Shown here piece after piece: positions 53,763-64,000 of a DNA stretch of 64,000 bases (its first letter is position 1; every line of letters begins with the position of its first letter). The DNA lies in assembly GCF_018350175.1 (NCBI RefSeq), contig NC_058368.1, forward strand, positions 86,988,001 through 87,052,000. Reading direction: 5' to 3'. A model generated the notes under the pieces. The model saw only the letters and a program-made list of their open reading frames with translations, was not told the origin of the DNA and made no database searches. The stretch comes from Felis catus (lineage: Eukaryota). Position numbers and translations under genes: made by a program.

Positions 53763-54465
53763 AAAAATGTAGAGTTATGCTAACAATAAGTATTTTTACT
53801 TATATGTATTTTCAAGGCCTAGAATATTCCACAGTTGTGCTTTTTCTTATGAATCAGACTTTATTGTTAGTTTGACTGGTTTATTAGTCCAACTACAAAA
53901 TAATAGAACCATGCTCTTTTTTTCTATTTTATCTCCGACCAGAATGTGTGGTTTTTGTCCTATTTGTCCTTTGATTATGCCCCTCTGCACATCTCTATCA
54001 CATTCTAAGAAGACAGAGTATAGGAGGAAATAAAAATTTTGCCTCATGACAGTTTGCCTAAAGTTCTTGCATCTCAGCCACAGCTTTGCAAAAACAGTAA
54101 GCCACAGGTACATCTAGAGATACAAGAAGACTTAAAGACTAAGTGTGTTATTTACAAATGAAGGAAAAAAAATTACTAGTTTAAAACATTTCTCAAGTAT
54201 TTTTATATTTTTCTTAATGTATTTTGGAGAAAAGACATAGAAGAATAGATTGACTAAAGTATTTATGTTGCTACTGAGTAATGGCAAAGTAGGGACTAGA
54301 CATACATATTCCATAGTATATTATAGAATGTTGTATAAATAATTAACCAAAAGAAAATGGGAGAAAATGACCCAAGTAGGCTTTTATTAAAATTTTTATG
54401 TGTTTTTTTTTACCACAGAAAAGAGATGTTCATCACAGTAATGCTTTAAAAAAACATTTTTATAA

Positions 54466-55419
54466 TCATATGAAATTTAGTCCCAGAATCTTCCCTAGAA
54501 CTTTCTTTAGTGCCCACTTAACCTCTTTATTTCGCAAAGTATAGATAACAGGGTTGAGCATGGGTGTCACCACGGTGTAAAACAGGGAAACAAACTTTCC
54601 CTGCTCCTTGGATCTGCTATTGGCTGGCTGAAGATACATGAATATTATGGTTCCATAGAAGATTATGACAACGATCATGTGGGAGGAGCAGGTCCCAAAA
54701 GCTTTCTTTCTTCCAGAAGCTGACTTAATCCTCAAAACTGCTTGGGCAATGTAGCCATAGGAAATCAGGATGAAGAAGATAGGAACTATAAGGAAGATAA
54801 TGCTAGCTACAAAAAGTTCAGCCTCATTAAAAGTGGTGTCCACACAAGCCAACTTGATAAGCACAGGGACCTCACAGATGAAATGATCCACTTGATAATG
54901 CCCACATAAGGGTAGCTGAAGGGTGAGAGTGGACTGTACTAGAGTAGTGACCACCCCACTGAGCCATGACAAAGATGCCAGGGCCATGCAGAGACGTGGA
55001 TGCATTAAGACAGTATAGTGGAGGGGACGGCAGATGGCAATGTAGCGATCATAGGACATCACAGCTAGGAGGACACACTCTGTAGATCCCAGAGCAAGAG
55101 AGACATACAACTGAACCACACAGCCACCATAGGTGATGTTTTTCATAGGATCCCACAAGTTTACCAGGAGCTGAGGAATAACACTGCTGGTAAAGCAGAG
55201 ATCCAAAAAGGAGAGTTGAGAAAGGAAAAAATACATCGGTGTATGAAGCTTGGATTCCAGATGAGATACCAGAATGATGGTGGTATTTCCAAAAATGGTT
55301 AGTAAATACAAGATCAAAATGATCACAAATAGAACCTTCTGTAACTGAGGGTAATCAGAAAACCCCAACAGGATAAAACCTGTTATGTTGCTCTCATTGG
55401 TACTCCTCATCATCCCCAT
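54466..55419 (-). CDS. OR2G2: Olfactory receptor, family 2 subfamily G (OR2G2 orthologue), intact 317 aa from the first ATG
   Basis: [66 protein letters not shown] and PMLNPVIYTLRNKEV. Matches the recalled human OR2G2 N-terminus and lies next to OR2G3 as in human 1q44. The ORF-track start (55425) is TTG; the first ATG is 55419. Confidence 0.92.
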   Translation of the reverse strand: MGMMRSTNESNITGFILLGFSDYPQLQKVLFVIILILYLLTIFGNTTIILVSHLESKLHTPMYFFLSQLSFLDLCFTSSVIPQLLVNLWDPMKNITYGGCVVQLYVSLALGSTECVLLAVMSYDRYIAICRPLHYTVLMHPRLCMALASLSWLSGVVTTLVQSTLTLQLPLCGHYQVDHFICEVPVLIKLACVDTTFNEAELFVASIIFLIVPIFFILISYGYIAQAVLRIKSASGRKKAFGTCSSHMIVVIIFYGTIIFMYLQPANSRSKEQGKFVSLFYTVVTPMLNPVIYTLRNKEVKWALKKVLGKILGLNFI

Positions 55420-55438
55420 GTGCAAAGTATGTTCCCAG

Positions 55439-55455
55439 CTGAGAAAAATGACATA
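55439..55455 (-). promoter_or_regulatory. Putative splice acceptor upstream of the OR2G2 ATG
   Basis: Minus strand TCATTTTTCTCAG|CTGGGAACATACTTTGCACATG. Confidence 0.55.
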
Positions 55456-55639
55456 TTACATAAGGTCAAATGAGACAATGTCACCTCCCCCAAAAGTATT
55501 CTATGTTCTTAGAACTTATACCTTCACATATAGTGACTTAGATCTATTTGCTTATTGTGTGCATTCTAACTAAATGCAATGCATATCCTCTTAATATCTT
55601 AGCTGTCCTCTGATGCTCTCCAAAATAGAGAAGAGCAGA

Positions 55640-56131
55640 CATATTTAAAAATATCATCAAGCTATGATAATTAGAACATATGGTATTGTCATAAAAATAG
55701 ATATATAAATCAGTGGAGCAAAAAAACGGGCCGAGAGATAAACCTATTTATATATAACCAATAGATCTTCAATAAAGGTGCCAAGAATACATCATGAGGA
55801 AAATATAGTTTTTTCAATAAATGGTGCTGGGAAAGCTAAATAAAGACATGCAAAATATTGAAATTGGTCCTCTAGCTTACACTATATGCACCATCAATCA
55901 ACTCAAAATGTATTAAAAACTTAAATGTAGGACCTCAATCTAAACTCCTAAAAGAAACATAAAGGAGAAGCTTCATGACATTGGTCTTGGCAATGATTTT
56001 AGAAATATGACACTGAAACCATAGGCAACAAAAGCAAAAATCTAGGAAATGGGATTAAATATTTGCAAAAAAAAATCCAAAAAAGAGTTAATATCCAAAA
56101 TATATAAGAATCTCAGATGAATAAATAGCAA

Positions 56132-56162
<31 letters not shown>

Positions 56163-56969
56163 AAATAATTACCTGATTCAAAAGTAGACAAAGGTATTAA
56201 ATACACATTTCTCCGACATACAAATGTTTAATAGACATAGGAAAAATGATCAGTATCACTAATAATCAAGGTAATGCAATATGGCACAAATGAAATATCA
56301 CCTCACACCTGTAAAGATGGATGTTATCAAAAACCAAGACACAGTCAGGGTGCCTGGGTGGCTCAGGTGGTTAAGCATCTGATTCTTAATTTCAATTCAG
56401 GTCATGATCTTGTGGTTTATGATTTCAAGCTTCATGTCAGGCTCTGTGCCAACAGCAAAGAGCCTGCTTTGGATTCTCTGTCTCCCTCTCTCTGCCCCTC
56501 CCCTGCTTGTGTTTGCTCACTCTCTCTCTCTTTCAAAATAAATAAATAGGGGCACCTGAGTGTCTTAGTTGGTTAAGCATTTGACTTGGGCTCAGATCAT
56601 GATCTCATGGTTCATGAGATCAAGCCACATGTCAGGCTCTGTGCTGACAGTTCAGAGCCTGGCCCTCCTTCGGATTCTGTTTCTCCCTGTCTCTCTGCTC
56701 CTCTCCTGCTCAGGCTCTATATCTCAAAAGTAAATAAATGTTAAAAAAAATTTAAATAATAATAAATAAATATTTTAAAAAGATAGCAAATGTTGACAAG
56801 ATTGTGGAGAAATTAGAACCCTTGTACAGTGTTGTGAGAATGTAAAATGGTACAGCCACCATGAAAAACAGAATCAACATTACTCAAATAAATAAATAAA
56901 TAAATAAATAAAACTGTCAACAATAATGATTCAACAATCCCATTTCTGGTATATATTCAAAAGAATTGA
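55640..56969 (+). mobile_element. Old LINE-1 ORF2 3' fragment
   Basis: TTCAATAAATGGTGCTGGGAAA, CACCTCACACCTG and ATCCCATTTCTGGTATATA motifs. Confidence 0.8.
56348..56770 (+). mobile_element. Two tandem carnivore SINEs (second starts at 56549 in the tail of the first)
   Basis: Two heads (56348, 56549), each followed by a CT tract and A-rich tail. Confidence 0.93.
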
Positions 56970-59900
56970 GGAGGGAAGGAAGATGGCGGCTTAGGAGGAT
57001 GCTGGGCTCACCGCCCATCCTGCTGATCACTTAGATTCCACCTACACCTGCCTAACTAAGCCAGAAAACCACCAGAAGACTAACAGAACAGAGTCTCTGG
57101 AGCCAAGCACAGAGGAGAGGCCCTCGGAAGAGGGTAGGAAGGGTGGAGAGGCGGTGCATGCTGCACGGACTGGCGGGAGGTAGCTGGGGCAGAGGGGCAG
57201 CCTGCCGGCCAAGAAGAGCCCCCGAGTCTGGCTTGCAAAAGAGGAGGGGCTGGACAGAGTGTGTTCCGACAGAAAGCGGGACTTAGCATCTGGGAGGTCA
57301 TAAGTTAACAGCTCTGCTCGAAATCGGGAAGGCTGGAGGACAAAGCGAGGGAGAGTTGCTGAGGCCCTGGAAGACAGAGCTCAGTTTGGCGGGGAACAAA
57401 GACGCTCGCCAGCGCCATCTACCTCGCCCATCCCCCAGCCAAAATCCCAAAGGGAACCAGTTCCTGCCAGGGAACTTGCTCACTCTGCACAAACACCCAA
57501 TTCTGTGCTTCTGCGGAGCCAAACCTCCGGTAGCAGATCTGACTCCCTCCTGCTGCCACAGGGACCCTCCTGAAGTGGATCACCTAAGGAGAAGCGAGCT
57601 AAGCCTGCCCCTCCTGCCCCCGTGCACCTTGCCTACCCACCCCAGCTAATACACCAGATCCCCAGCACCACAAGCCTGGAAGTGTGCAAGTAGCCCAGAC
57701 AGGCCACACCACCCCACAGTGAATCCCTCCCCTAGGAGAGGGGAAGAGAAGGCACACACCAGTCTGACTGTGGCCCCAGGGGTGGGCTGTGGGCAGACCT
57801 CACATCTGACTGCGACTCCGCCCACCAACTCCAGTTATACACCACAGCACAGGGGAAGTGCCCTGCAGGTCTGCACCACTCCAAATGGTGACTATCCAAA
57901 ATTGGACTATCCAAAATAACCAAACGGAAGAATTCCCCTCAAAAGAATCTCCAGAAAATAACAACAGCCAATGAACTGATCAAAAAGGATTTAAATAATA
58001 TAACAGAAAGTGAATTTAGAATAATAGTCATAAAATTAATCGCTGGGCTTGAAAACAGTATAGAGGACAGCAGAGAATCTCTTGCTACAGAGATCAAGGG
58101 ACTAAGGAACAGTCACGAGGAGCTGAAAAACGCTTTAAACGAAACGCAAAACAAAATGGAAATGACGACGGCTTGGATTGAAGAGGCAGAGGAGAGAATA
58201 GGTGAACTAGAAGATAAGTTATGGAAAAAGAGGAAGCTGAGAAAAAGAGAGAAAAAAAAATCCAGGAGTATGAGAGGAAAATTAGAGAACTAAGTGATAC
58301 ACTAAAAAGAAATAATATATGCATAATTGGTATCCCAGAGGAGGAAGAGAGAGGGAAAGGTGCTGAAGGTTTACTTGAAGAAATCATAGCTGAGAACTTC
58401 CCTGAACTGGGGAAGGAAACAGGCATTGAAATCCAAGAGGTACAGAAAACTACCTTCAGACGTAACTTGAATCGATCTTCTGCACGACATATCATAGTCA
58501 AACTGGCAAAATACGAGGATAAAGAGAAAATTCTGAAAGCAGCAAGGGAAAAACGTGCCCTAACTTATAAAGGAAGACCAATAAGACTCGTGACTGATCT
58601 CTCTTTTGACTTGGCAGGCCAGAAAGGCATGGCAGGAGATTTTCAATGTGTTGAACAGAAAAAATATGCAGCCAAGAATCCTTTATCCAGCAAGTCTGTC
58701 ATTTAGAATAGAAGGAGAGGGGCGCCTGGGTGGCACAGTCGGTTAAGCATCCGACTTCAGCCAGGTCACAATCTCGCGGTCGGTGAGTTCGAGCCCCGCG
58801 TCAGGCTCTGGGCTGATGGCTCAGAGCCTGGAGCCTGTTTCCAATTCTGTGTCTCGCTCTCTCTCTGCCCCTCCTCCGTTCATGCTCTGTCTCTCTCTGT
58901 CCCAAAAATAAATAAACGTTGAAAAAAAATGTAAAAAAAAAAAAAAAGAATAGAAGGAGAGATAAAGATCTTCCCAAACAAACAAAAACTGAAGGAATTT
59001 GTCACCACTAAACCAGCCCTACAAGAGATCCTAAGGGGGACGCTGTGACACAAAGTACCAGAGACATTGCTACAAACATAAAACATACAGACATCACAAT
59101 GAATCTAAAACCGTATCTTTCTATAATAACACTGAATGTAAATGGACTAAATGCGCCAACCAAAAGACATAGGGTATCAGAATGGATTAAAAAAAACAAG
59201 ACCCATCTATTTGCTGTCTACAAAAGACTCATTTTAGACCTGAGGACACCTTTAGATTGAGAGTGAGGGGATGGAGAACTATTTGTCATGATAATGGAAG
59301 CCAAAAAAAAGCTGGAGTAGCCATACTTATATCAGACAAACTAGACTTTAAATTAAAGGCTGTAACAAGAGATGAAGAAAGGCATTATAAAATAATCACA
59401 GGGTCTATCCATCAGGAAGAGCTAAAAATTATAAATGTCTATGCGCCGAATACTGGAGCCCCCATATATATAAAACAATTACTCACAAACATAAGCAACC
59501 TTATTGATAAGAATGTGGTAATTGCAGGGGACTTTAACACCCCAATTACAGAAATGGATAGATCATCTAGACACATGGTCAATAAAGAAACAAGGGCCCT
59601 GAATGATACACTGGATCAGATGGACTTGACAGATATATTTAGAACTCTGCATCCAAAAGCAACAGAATATACTTTCTTCTCGAGTGCACATGGAACATTC
59701 TCCAAGATAGATCATATACTGGGTCACAAAACAGCCCTTCATAAGTATACAAGAATTGAAATTATACCATGCATACTTTCAGACCACAGTGCTATGAAGC
59801 TTGAAATCAACCACAGGAAAAAGTCTGGAAAACCTCCAAAAGCATGGAGGTTAAAGAACGCCCTACTAAAGAATGAATGGGTCAACCAGGCAATTAGAGA

Positions 59901-62900
59901 AGAAATAAAAAAATACATGGAAACAAAAGAAAATGAAAATACAATGATCCAAATGCTTTGGGATGCAGCGAAGGCAGTCCTGAGAGGAAAATACATTGCG
60001 ATCCAGGCCTATCTCCATAAACAAGAAAAATCCCAAATATAAAATCTAACAGCACACCTAAAGGAAATAGAAGCAGAACAGCAAAGGCAGCCTAAACCCA
60101 GCAAAAGAAGAGAAATAATAAAGATCTGAGCAGAAATAAACAATATAGAATCTAAAGAAACTGTAGAGCAGATCAACGAAACCAAGAGTTGGTTTTTTGA
60201 AAAAATAAACAAAATTGACAAACCTCTAGCCAGGCTTCTCAAAAAGAAAAGGGAGATGACCCAAATAGATAAAATCACGAATGAAAATGGAATTATTACA
60301 ACCAATCCCTCAGAAATGCAAACAATTATCAGGAAATACTATGAAAAATTATATGCCAACAAATTGGACAACCTGGAGGAAATGGACAAATTCCTAAACA
60401 CCCTCACGCTTCCAAAACTCAATCAGGAGGAAATAGAACGCTTGAACAGACCCATAACCAGTGAAGAAATTGAATCGGTTATCAAAAATATCCCAACAAA
60501 TAAGAGTCCAGGACCAGATGGCTTCCCAGGGGAGTTCTATCAGACGTTTAAAGCAGAGATAATACCTATCTTTCTCAAGCTATTCCAAGAAATAGAAAGG
60601 GAAGGAAACCTTCCAGACTCATTCTATGAAGCCAGTATTACTTTGATTCCTAAACCAGACAGAAACCCAGTAAAAAAAAGAGAACTACAGGCCAATATCC
60701 CTGATGAATATGGATGCAAAAATTCTCCATAAGATACTAGCAAATCGAATTCAACAGCATATACAAAGAATTATTCACCATGATCAAGTGGGATTCATTC
60801 CTGCGATGTAGGGCTGGTTCAACACTCGCAAATCAATCAACGTGATACATCACATTAATAAAAGAAAAGATAAGAACTATATGATCCAGTCAATTGATGC
60901 AGAAAAGGCATTTGACAAAATTCAGCATGCTTTCTTAATAAAAACCCTTGAGAAAGTTGGGATAGAAGGAACATACTCAAACATCATAAAAGCCATTTAT
61001 GAAAAGCCCACAGCTAACATCATCCTCAATGGGGAAAAACTGAGAGCTTCTTCCCTGAGATCAGGAACACGACAGGGATGTCCACTCTCACCGCTGTTGT
61101 TTAACATAGTGTTGGAAGTTCTAGCATCAGCAATCAGACAACAAAAGGAAATCAAAGGCATCAAAATTGACAAGGATGTAGTCAAGCTTTCACTTTTTGC
61201 AGGTGACATGATATTATACATGGAAAATCCGATAGCCTCCACCAAAAGTCTGCTAGAACTGATACAGGAATTCAGCAAAGTTGCAGGATACAAAATCAAT
61301 GTACAGAAGTCAGTTGCATTCTTATACACTAACAATGAAGCAACAGAAAGACAAATAAAGAAACTGATCCCATTCACAATTGCACCAAGAAGCATAAAAT
61401 ACCTAGGAATAAATCTAACCAAAGATGTAAAAGATCTGTATGCTGAAAACTATAGAAAGCTTATGAAGGAAATTGAAGAAGATATAAAGAAATGGAAAGA
61501 CATTCCCTGCTCATGGATTGGAAGAATAAATATTGTCAAAATGTCAATACAACCCAAAGCTATCTACACATTCAATGCAATCCCAATCAAAATTGCACCA
61601 GCATTCTTTTTGAAACTAGAAGAAGCAATTCTAAAATTCATATGGAAACACAAAAGGCCCCAAATAGCCAAAGTGATTTTGAAGAAGAAGACCAAAGCAG
61701 GAGGCATCACAATCCCAGACTTTAGCCTCTACTACAAAGCTGTCATCATCAAGACAGCATGGTATTGGCACAAAAACAGACACATAGACCAATGGGATAG
61801 AATAGAAACCCCAGAACTAGACCCACACAAGTATGGCCAACTAATCTTTGACAAAGCAGGAAGGAATATCCAATGGCAAAAAGACAGTCTCTTTAACAAA
61901 TGGTGCTGGGAGAACTGGACAGCAACATGCAGAAGGTTGAAACTAGACCACTTTCTCACACCATTCACAAAATAAACTCAAAATGGATGAAGAACCTGAA
62001 TGTGAGACAGGAAACCATCAAAACCCTAGAGGAGAAAGCAGGAAAAGACCTCTCTGACCTCAGCCGTAGCAATCTCTTACTCTACACATCCCCAAAGGCA
62101 AGGGAATTAAAAGCAAAAATTAACTACTGGGACCTTATGAATATAAAAACCTTCTGCACAGTAAAGGAAACAATCAACAAAACTAAAAGGCAACCAATGG
62201 AATGGGAAAAGATATTTGCAAATGACATATTGGACCAAGTATCCAAAATCTATAAAGAGCTCACCAAACTCCACACCTGAAAAACAAATAACCCAGTGAA
62301 GAAATGAGCAGAAAACATGAATAGACACTTCTCTAAAGCAGTCATCCGGATGGCCAACAGGCACATGAAAAGATGCTCGTCGCTCCTTATCAGGGAAATA
62401 CAAATCAAAACCACACTCAGATATCACCTCACGCCAGTCAGAGTGGCCAAAATGAACAAATCAGGAGACGATAGATGCTGGAGAGGATGTGGAGAAACGG
62501 GAACCCTCTTGCACTGTTGGTGGGAATGCAAACTGGTGCAGCCACTCTGGAAAACAGTGTGGAAGTTCCTCAGAAAATTAAAAATAGACCTACCCTATGA
62601 CCCAGCAATAGCACTGCTAGGAATTTATCCAAGGGATACAGGAGTGCTGATGCATAGGGGCACTTGTACCCCAATGTTTATAGCAGCACTCTCAACAATA
62701 GCCAAATTATGAAAGAGCCTAAATGTCCATCAACTGATGAATGGATAAAGAAATTGTGGTTTATATACACAATGGAGTACTACATGGCAATTAGAAATAA
62801 TGAAATATGGCCCTTTGTAGCAACGTGGATGGAACTGGAGAGTGTGATGCTAAGTGAAATAAGCCATACAGAGAAAAACAGATACTATATGTTTTCACTC

Positions 62901-63145
62901 TTATGTGGATCCAGAGAAACTTAACAAAAACCCATGGGGGAGGGGAAGGAGAAAAAAAAAAGAGGTTAGAGTGGGAGAGAGCCAAAGCATAAGAGACTCT
63001 TAAAAACAGAACAAACTCACGGTTGATGGGGGTGGGAGGGAGGGGTGGGTGGGTGATGGGTATTGAGGAGGGCATCTTTTGGGATGAGCACTGGGTGTTG
63101 TATGGAAACCAATTTGACAATAAATTTCATATATCGAAAAAAAAA
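56970..63145 (+). mobile_element. Full-length young felid LINE-1, inactivated
   Basis: CpG-rich 5'UTR. ORF1 (~57916-59048) has ATG mutated to ATA, frameshifts and a SINE insertion. ORF2 from 59099 carries EN (GDFNTP, SDH), RT ([18 protein letters not shown] mutated to FAGD at 61196-61207) and a Cys-rich C-terminus, broken by stops and frameshifts. AATAAA at 63119 and A-tail. Confidence 0.97.
58719..58946 (+). mobile_element. Young felid SINE inserted in L1 ORF1
   Basis: Very similar to the SINE at 53549. TSD AGAATAGAAGGAGAG (58705-58719, 58947-58961). Confidence 0.97.
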
Positions 63146-64000
63146 TTTGTATGGACACAGAAAAGACCCTGAGTGGCCAAGAAATCTTGAAAAAGAAAAC
63201 CAAAGCAGGAGGCATCACAATACCAGACTACAAGGTATACTACAAAGCTGTATTCATCAAGACAATATGGTACAGTACAAGTAGAGACACTCATATCAAT
63301 GGAACAGAATAGAGAACTCAGAAATGGACCCATAAACGTATGGCCAACTAATTTTTGACAAAGCTGGAAAGAATATCCAATGGAATAAAGACAGGTTCTT
63401 CAGCAAGTTGTGCTGGGAAAACTGGACAGTGACATGAAGAAGAAGGAACCTGAACCACTTTCCTACACCATACACAAAAATGAACTCAAAATGAATGAAA
63501 GACCTCAATGTAAGACAGGAAGCCATCAAAATGCTTGAGGAGAAAGCAGGCAAAAACCTCTTGCATCTTGCCCGCAACAGCTTCTTAACATGTCTCTGTA
63601 GGCAAGGGAAACAAAAGCAAAAATGAACTACCGGGACATCAAAATAAAAAGCTTCTGCACAGTGAAGGAAACAATCAGCAAAGCTAAAAGGCAACCGACA
63701 GAATGCGAGAAGATATTTGCCAATGACATATCAGATAAAGGGTTAGTATCCAAAATCTGTAAAGAACTTCTCAAACACAACACCCATAAAACAAATAATC
63801 CAATGAAGAAACGGGCAAAAGACATGAATAGACACTTCTCCAAAGAAGACATCCAGATGGCCAACCGACACATGAAAAAATGCTCCACATCACTCATCAT
63901 CAGGGAAATACAAATCAAAACCACAATGAGATACCACCTTACACCTGTCAGAATGGCTAACATTAACAACTCAGGCAACAACAGATGTTGGCGAGGATGC
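63146..64000 (+). mobile_element. 5'-truncated LINE-1 ORF2 fragment abutting the previous L1 tail; runs off the right edge
   Basis: Repeats ORF2 sequence homologous to ~61635-62485 (AAAGCAGGAGGCATCACAAT, TATGGCCAACTAAT). Confidence 0.9.

Noticed and set aside
55420..55425. ORF-track start for OR2G2 (319 aa)
   Set aside because: It uses a TTG codon; the first in-frame ATG is at 55419.
59099..62924. Retrotransposition-competent L1 ORF2
   Set aside because: Split into several ORFs; RT catalytic motif mutated; ORF1 also disrupted.
1..64000. A novel multi-gene or prokaryote-style system (CRISPR array, operon, defence island)
   Set aside because: The sequence is mammalian. No regular repeat-spacer arrays are present, and nearly all ORFs other than the two ORs are explained by L1, SINE, ERV or pseudogene fragments, or low complexity.

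Overview
Mammalian genomic DNA. Carnivore tRNA-derived SINEs and cat-like LINE-1 5'UTRs point to a felid. The window lies in an olfactory receptor cluster and has only two intact genes, both on the minus strand with single-exon CDSs: OR2G3-like (24548-25486) and OR2G2-like (54466-55419). Most of the rest is retroposed DNA: many nested LINE-1 fragments, one full-length but inactivated young L1 (~56970-63145), about 15 SINEs, and the 3' half of an ERV3/HERV-E-like provirus (integrase, env, PPT, 3' LTR; 470-3186). There are two processed pseudogenes. RPS6 is full length with TSDs and is split by a later L1. GYPC (glycophorin C) has a perfect 15-bp TSD and is invisible in the ORF track. I see no convincing new multi-gene biological system. 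The most notable signals are retrotransposition oddities: a four-level nested insertion, a polyadenylated LTR retrocopy, a 5'UTR-only L1 insertion with TSD, an ORF0-like antisense ORF and splice donors in an L1 5'UTR facing OR2G2, and a recurrent microsatellite birth site. Repeat boundaries were read by eye and are approximate unless a TSD is given. Family names come from recalled sequences, not database searches.
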